From: Synechococcus sp. A15-24
Lineage (GTDB): Bacteria > Cyanobacteriota > Cyanobacteriia > PCC-6307 > Cyanobiaceae
Direction: 5' to 3'
NCBI RefSeq assembly: GCF_014280195.1
Contig: NZ_CP047960.1
Span: forward strand, 660,001-692,000
DNA: 32,000 nucleotides
Shown: one piece after another, positions 28,085-32,000 of the stretch
How the letters are laid out: each line of letters begins with the position of its first letter
Position numbering within the stretch: position 1 is the stretch's first letter
Notes under the pieces: generated by a model
What the model was told of the DNA's origin: nothing
Databases searched by the model: none
Seen by the model: only the letters and a program-made list of their open reading frames with translations
Translations under genes and position numbers: made by a program

Positions 28085-28408
28085 TCAGAGATACTTCGAG
28101 ATCGTGCCGGACAGGGTTGCCTTGGGAACAGCACCCACAACGGTGTCGACCTTCTGGCCGCCCTTGAACACCATCAACGTTGGGATGCTGCGGATGCCGT
28201 ACTGACTAGCAACGTTGGGGTTTTCGTCGGTATTCAGCTTGAAGACCTTGATCTGACCATCGAATTCCTTGGCGATTTCTTCGACGATGGGAGCAACCAT
28301 GCGGCAGGGGCCACACCAAGGAGCCCAGAAGTCGACCAGAACCGGGACGTCGCTCTGCAGGACGTCCTGCTCGAAAGAGGCGTCAGTAACCGCAGCGGCG
28401 CTGGACAT
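28085..28408 (-). CDS. trxA: thioredoxin
   Basis: From the ATG at 28408: [41 protein letters not shown]... 107 aa with a WCGPC active site. The 53-codon upstream extension in the ORF track runs through the sRNA locus and is rejected. Confidence 0.95.
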   Translation of the reverse strand: MSSAAAVTDASFEQDVLQSDVPVLVDFWAPWCGPCRMVAPIVEEIAKEFDGQIKVFKLNTDENPNVASQYGIRSIPTLMVFKGGQKVDTVVGAVPKATLSGTISKYL

Positions 28409-28464
28409 ATGGTCGAAATGATGTGATTGAAATTTAGCAACGTTGAACCAACTCAACAGTCCAG

Positions 28465-28478
28465 ATCGCTGCAGCGAT
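28465..28478. promoter_or_regulatory. perfect 14-bp palindrome ATCGCTGCAGCGAT upstream of trxA
   Basis: Read directly from the sequence. It lies between the Yfr1-like terminator and the trxA ATG, centred about 63 nt upstream of the ATG. Any function as an operator or hairpin is a guess. Confidence 0.2.
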
Positions 28479-28507
28479 GGGATCTGTGATGGTTCTCGCA
28501 GGAAGAG

Positions 28508-28566
28508 TGAAAGCCCGAGCGCGTCGGGCCGGGGGGTGTGAGGAGTGTGTGGGCATGGCCCGCACA
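28508..28566 (-). ncRNA. yfr1: Yfr1-type small regulatory RNA (candidate)
   Basis: The minus strand reads GUGCGGGC-CAU-GCCCACAC (stem-loop 1, one C.A mismatch), then ACUCCUCACAC-CCCCCG (17 nt unpaired), then GCCCGA-CGCGC-UCGGGC-UUU (stem-loop 2 plus U tract). ACUCCUCACAC is the ultraconserved Yfr1 undecanucleotide. The architecture, the roughly 56-nt length and the guaB/trxA neighbourhood fit what I recall for Yfr1. The 5' and 3' ends are estimates. Confidence 0.75.
28510..28529 (-). terminator. intrinsic-terminator-like hairpin (3' stem-loop of the Yfr1 candidate)
   Basis: GCCCGA (28529-28524), loop CGCGC, UCGGGC (28518-28513), followed by UUUCACUCUU on the minus strand. Confidence 0.5.
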
Positions 28567-28576
28567 CTCCTCACAC
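28536..28576. repeat. 41-nt inverted repeat (19-bp arms, 3-nt loop, one mismatch) with the Yfr1 motif on both strands
   Basis: Plus strand: GTGTGAGGAGTGTGTGGGC atg GCCCGCACACTCCTCACAC. Arm pairing was checked base by base, and the only non-Watson-Crick pair is 28550/28562. It begins 10 nt beyond the guaB stop codon. Confidence 0.9.
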
Positions 28577-28578
28577 TA
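28573..28578 (-). promoter_or_regulatory. -10-like hexamer TAGTGT that could drive the Yfr1 candidate
   Basis: Minus strand TAGTGT matches T1, A2 and T6 of TATAAT and lies about 7 nt upstream of the proposed 5' end at about 28566. The only -35-like element is a weak TTGGGA, 19 nt upstream and inside the guaB 3' end. Speculative. Confidence 0.3.
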
Positions 28579-28586
28579 GCCCTCAC

Positions 28587-29750
28587 TTATTTGCCCATCC
28601 CAAGGTGCTGCGCTTTTTGGTACACCTTGCCCTCCGTCAACAACGAAGGAGCCACGACGACTTCCACGTTCTGCATGTCTTGGATAGTGCGGGCTCCAAG
28701 GGTGCCCATGGACGTCTTGAGGCAGCCCAGCAGGTTGTGGGTGCCGTCGTCGAGCTTTGCCGGGCCCCGCAGGATCCGCTCAATGCTTCCCGTTCTTCCC
28801 ACGTTGATGCGTGTTCCGCGTGGGAGGACAGGGCTTGGAGTGGCCATGCCCCAATGGAATCCGCGCCCTGGCGCTTCCTCGGCGCGGGCGATCGGTGAGC
28901 CGATCATCACGGCGTCAGCGCCGCAGGCGATGCACTTGCAGATGTCGCCACCGGTCACGATCCCACCATCGGCCACGATCGGGACGTAGCGACCTGTTTC
29001 TTTTTCGTAATCGGCACGGGCAGCGGCACAGTCGGCAACTGCAGTGGCCTGTGGAATGCCAACGCCAAGCACACCGCGAGAGGTGCAAGCGGCTCCAGGG
29101 CCGATTCCAACCATCACACCGGCTGCTCCAGCGCGCATCAATTGCAGGGCTACGTCGTAGGTCACGCAGTTGCCGATAACTACGGGGACACCCATGTCCC
29201 TGCACAGCGCCTCCAGATCGAGCGTGTCCTGGCCCTCGGGACCGATGTGGTTGGTGGACACAACCGTGGCCTGCACGAAGAAGAGATCGGCGCCTGCCTC
29301 AGCGATGGCTTTGCCGAAGCGCAATGCAGCGACAGGGGTTCCACTGACCGCAGCGATTCCTCCCTTGGCCTTGATGTCGGCGATGCGTTTGCGGATCAGG
29401 CTTTCCTGAACCGGCTGGCTGTAGATCTCCTGCATCAAGGGGACGAACTCGTCCTTGCCAACGGCTGCAATACGATCCAGAACCTCGTATGGATCGTTGT
29501 AGCGGGTCTGGACTCCCTCAAGGTTAAGCACGCCGAGGGCACCGAGATTGGAGAGCCGCACAGCCATGTCCACGTCGACCACGCCGTCCATGGCGCTGGC
29601 AATGATCGGGATGTCCCGTTCGATGCCACCGAGAGTCCAGCGCGTATCGGTTACCTCTGGGTCAACGGTTCGACCACCGGGCACGAGGGCAATTTCATCA
29701 ATTCCATAGGCCCGGCGAACGGTCTTGGAGCGTCCGAGCTGAATGTCCAC
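28587..29750 (-). CDS. guaB: IMP dehydrogenase family protein (short form without obvious CBS insert)
   Basis: 387 aa. TIM-barrel IMPDH/GMPR motifs: IIASAMDGV, the catalytic-loop context GIGPGAACTSR, GGIVTGGDICKCIACGADAVMIGS. GTG start at 29750, TAA stop at 28587-28589. Confidence 0.9.
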   Translation of the reverse strand: MDIQLGRSKTVRRAYGIDEIALVPGGRTVDPEVTDTRWTLGGIERDIPIIASAMDGVVDVDMAVRLSNLGALGVLNLEGVQTRYNDPYEVLDRIAAVGKDEFVPLMQEIYSQPVQESLIRKRIADIKAKGGIAAVSGTPVAALRFGKAIAEAGADLFFVQATVVSTNHIGPEGQDTLDLEALCRDMGVPVVIGNCVTYDVALQLMRAGAAGVMVGIGPGAACTSRGVLGVGIPQATAVADCAAARADYEKETGRYVPIVADGGIVTGGDICKCIACGADAVMIGSPIARAEEAPGRGFHWGMATPSPVLPRGTRINVGRTGSIERILRGPAKLDDGTHNLLGCLKTSMGTLGARTIQDMQNVEVVVAPSLLTEGKVYQKAQHLGMGK

Positions 29751-29757
29751 CGCACGT

Positions 29758-29777
29758 CTTGATGAAGTCTCATCAAG
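29758..29777. other. perfect 8-bp hairpin CTTGATGA-agtc-TCATCAAG between the curT-like stop and the guaB start
   Basis: Read directly from the sequence. On the minus strand it ends 7 nt before the guaB GTG and starts 28 nt after the upstream stop. No U tract follows it. Confidence 0.4.
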
Positions 29778-29805
29778 CTACCAATCGGGTTGCGGCGAGC
29801 TGTAC

Positions 29806-30336
29806 TCAGCCACCGACAACCCGTTGCCAGCTGCGCGCCAGGTCTTCCACAACTTTGCGGCGGTCGCCACTGCGCACCAGGTTGCGCACTGAAAAATTGG
29901 CAAGCCAGATCACACCGGCCAGCTCAAACAAGCCCGAGGCCAGGGGAACAGCATCGATGGCGCGAAGAATGCCGCCATAGATCTGCAGAACGATCACCAG
30001 AACGATCAAGCCTGCGAGCAGTCGAAGCAGGCCTTTCAACTGGCTCCACTGGCTCTGCAGCTGATCGGTGTTGACCAACCCTTGGAGCTTGACCTTCAAC
30101 AGATCCCACTCCCCCCCTGAGGCGTCAGCGTCAGCCGGGATCGTCACCGTTGCAGCAATGGCTGGATCAGCGGTGCGCTCTGGCGTGACGGTGGGGGTTG
30201 GTGTGGGCTCTGAGGCTGCCGATGTTTGTGCGGGACTCTCCGTGAAGGCAGGCGGCTCTACTGGTGATGGAGAGGAGACCGGGCTGACGCTGTCGACGTT
30301 GGGTTGTGGTTCGTCGATGGGTCCCATCAGATCCAA
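29806..30336 (-). CDS. curT: CAAD-domain thylakoid membrane protein, CurT/CURT1-like
   Basis: The C-terminal half (LLRLLAGLIVLVIVLQIYGGILRAIDAVPLASGLFELAGVIWLANFSVRNLVRSGDR) shows the two-TM CAAD/CurT pattern. The N-terminal half is Pro/Ser/Thr-rich and low-complexity. Start is the TTG at 30336 or the ATG at 30327. Confidence 0.8.
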   Translation of the reverse strand: MDLMGPIDEPQPNVDSVSPVSSPSPVEPPAFTESPAQTSAASEPTPTPTVTPERTADPAIAATVTIPADADASGGEWDLLKVKLQGLVNTDQLQSQWSQLKGLLRLLAGLIVLVIVLQIYGGILRAIDAVPLASGLFELAGVIWLANFSVRNLVRSGDRRKVVEDLARSWQRVVGG

Positions 30337-30419
30337 AAATTTGACCTGGAGCTTATCGGAGGTTTTCGGTCTGGATTCCTCCTCGGAGATAAAGTGAAGG
30401 GCGGTGGTACATCGTTTGT

Positions 30420-32000
30420 ATGGCGGATTCTGTGGGGCCAGGAGGCGGCGGCCCCGGCGATTCCGACGATCGAATCATTCAGGCGGATCTTCGCAACGAG
30501 ATGTCGCGCTCCTATCTGGAGTACGCGATGAGCGTGATCGTGGGCCGGGCGTTGCCCGATGCCCGCGATGGCCTCAAGCCCGTGCATCGCCGCATTTTGT
30601 ACGCAATGTACGAATTGGGGCTGACCAGCGATCGCCCTTACAGGAAATGCGCTCGTGTGGTGGGCGAGGTGCTGGGTAAGTATCACCCCCATGGCGATAC
30701 GGCTGTGTACGACGCCCTGGTGCGGATGGCTCAGGACTTCTCGATGTCTATGCCCTTGATTGACGGGCACGGCAATTTCGGATCGGTGGACAACGATCCG
30801 CCGGCGGCCATGCGGTACACCGAGTCCAGGTTGCAGGCGCTGACCACCGACAGCCTGCTGGAGGACATCGAGGCCGAGACCGTTGACTTCGCCGACAACT
30901 TCGATGGTTCGCAGCAGGAGCCGACGGTGCTTCCGGCTCGAATTCCCCAGCTGTTGCTGAATGGTTCAGCGGGCATTGCCGTGGGGATGGCGACCAACAT
31001 CCCCCCCCACAACCTCAATGAGCTGATCAACGGCCTGCTGGCGCTGATTGAGAACCCCGAGATATCTGAACAGGAGTTGATCCGGCTGATCCCTGGACCC
31101 GACTTTCCTACAGGTGGTCAGATCCTTGGTCGCGAGGGCATCCGTGAGACCTATCTGGGCGGTCGTGGCTCGATCACCATGCGCGGTGTGGCGGCGATTG
31201 AAACGATCGAAGCCCCCGGCCGTCCTGATCGTGATGCCGTGATCATCACGGAGTTGCCGTATCAGACCAACAAGGCAGCGCTAATCGAGCGCACCGCTGA
31301 GCTGGTCAACGACAAGAAGCTTGAGGGCATCTCCGATATTCGCGATGAGAGTGATCGCGATGGCATGCGCATCGTGGTGGAGCTGCGCCGTGATGCCTAT
31401 CCGCAAGTGGTGCTAAACAATCTGTTCAAACTCACTGCATTGCAGAGCAATTTCAGTGCCTACATGTTGGCGCTGGTGAACGGTGAGCCGACCTTGCTCA
31501 CCCTGCGCAAGATGCTCGAGGTGTTTCTCGACTTCCGCGTCGAGACCATCGAGCGCCGCACCCGTTACCTGCTGCGCAAGGCCGAGGAACGCGATCACAT
31601 CCTGCTTGGCCTGCTGCTGGCACTGGATCAGTTGGATCCGATCATTGCCCTGATCCGGGCTGCCCCCGATACGGCGACGGCCCGTCAGCAGCTGCAGGAC
31701 CGGCATGGCCTCAGCGACATTCAGGCCGACGCCATCCTGCAGATGCAGCTGCGGCGTCTCACGGCGTTGGAGGCCGACAAGATCCGGCTTGAGCACGAGG
31801 ATCTGGTCACCAAAATCGCGGATTACAAAGACATCCTCGGCCGGCGTGAGCGGGTGTTCGGAATCATTCAGGACGAACTCAACCAACTCAGCGAGCGCTA
31901 CACGACACCGCGCCGCACCGAGATTCTCGATCTGGGTGGTGGTCTTGAGGACATCGATCTGATCGCCAACGAGCGTTCCGTCGTGCTCGTTACCGAAACC
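30420..32000 (+). CDS. gyrA: DNA gyrase subunit A (3' end outside the window)
   Basis: Not in the ORF track because there is no stop inside the window. Hand translation from the ATG at 30420: [63 protein letters not shown]...[19 protein letters not shown]...AAMRYTE (active-site Tyr). The frame is open to nt 32000. Confidence 0.97.
   Translation, partial: MADSVGPGGGGPGDSDDRIIQADLRNEMSRSYLEYAMSVIVGRALPDARDGLKPVHRRILYAMYELGLTSDRPYRKCARVVGEVLGKYHPHGDTAVYDALVRMAQDFSMSMPLIDGHGNFGSVDNDPPAAMRYTESRLQALTTDSLLEDIEAETVDFADNFDGSQQEPTVLPARIPQLLLNGSAGIAVGMATNIPPHNLNELINGLLALIENPEISEQELIRLIPGPDFPTGGQILGREGIRETYLGGRGSITMRGVAAIETIEAPGRPDRDAVIITELPYQTNKAALIERTAELVNDKKLEGISDIRDESDRDGMRIVVELRRDAYPQVVLNNLFKLTALQSNFSAYMLALVNGEPTLLTLRKMLEVFLDFRVETIERRTRYLLRKAEERDHILLGLLLALDQLDPIIALIRAAPDTATARQQLQDRHGLSDIQADAILQMQLRRLTALEADKIRLEHEDLVTKIADYKDILGRRERVFGIIQDELNQLSERYTTPRRTEILDLGGGLEDIDLIANERSVVLVTET

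Noticed and set aside
28409-28567. 53-codon upstream extension of the trxA ORF ([15 protein letters not shown]...), and plus-strand ORFs 28477-28989 and 28545-28898
   Set aside because: Thioredoxin begins at the conserved ATG at 28408. The extension is simply the translation of the Yfr1-like hairpins. The plus-strand ORFs are antisense to guaB.
28536-28600. A plus-strand Yfr1-like sRNA using the plus-strand copy of ACTCCTCACAC (28566-28576)
   Set aside because: On the plus strand the motif is followed by TAGCCCTCACTTATTTGCCC, which runs into antisense guaB coding sequence with no second stem-loop or terminator. Only the minus strand reproduces the architecture of two hairpins plus a U tract.
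1-32000. Looked for CRISPR repeats, IS or transposase genes, integrases, phage genes, toxin-antitoxin pairs, restriction-modification or other defence genes, rRNA and tRNA
   Set aside because: None is visible. Every sizeable ORF is accounted for by a housekeeping, transporter or envelope function. There are no spaced direct repeats and no long terminal inverted repeats. The window does not look like an accessory or defence island.

Overview
This window reads as a gene-dense, roughly 60 % GC stretch of core chromosome from a marine Synechococcus/Cyanobium-type picocyanobacterium. That call rests on gene content: petG, chlI, a CurT/CAAD protein, a CytM-like cytochrome c and a Yfr1-like sRNA. 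I can support 32 protein-coding genes and 1 small RNA. Most are housekeeping: dxr, cysS, polA, ychF, hom, sufE, ruvC, chlI, hisH, trxA, guaB, gyrA. The rest are a few transporters and secreted proteins of unknown function. From about 15.7 to 30.3 kb every gene except petG is on the minus strand, and six junctions have overlapping start and stop codons (ATGA, TGATG or TTGA). I found no rRNA, tRNA, CRISPR array, transposase/integrase, phage gene or recognisable defence system, so this looks like an ordinary region rather than an accessory island, and I did not find a convincing new multi-gene system. Five points deserve a second look. (1) The guaB-trxA spacer holds a Yfr1-type sRNA whose 11-nt motif is faced by its exact reverse complement in a 19-bp inverted repeat. 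(2) petG (38 aa) is missing from the ORF track and overlaps the 3' end of rsmD by 71 nt. (3) A PBP-A-like class-A beta-lactamase-fold protein is coupled by an ATGA overlap to a 452-aa secreted protein of unknown function. (4) A thioredoxin-like [2Fe-2S] ferredoxin is coupled to dxr by an ATGA overlap. (5) A single-gene low-GC islet carries a FAD2/DesA-type desaturase. All calls come from reading the sequence and translations by eye; no searches were run.
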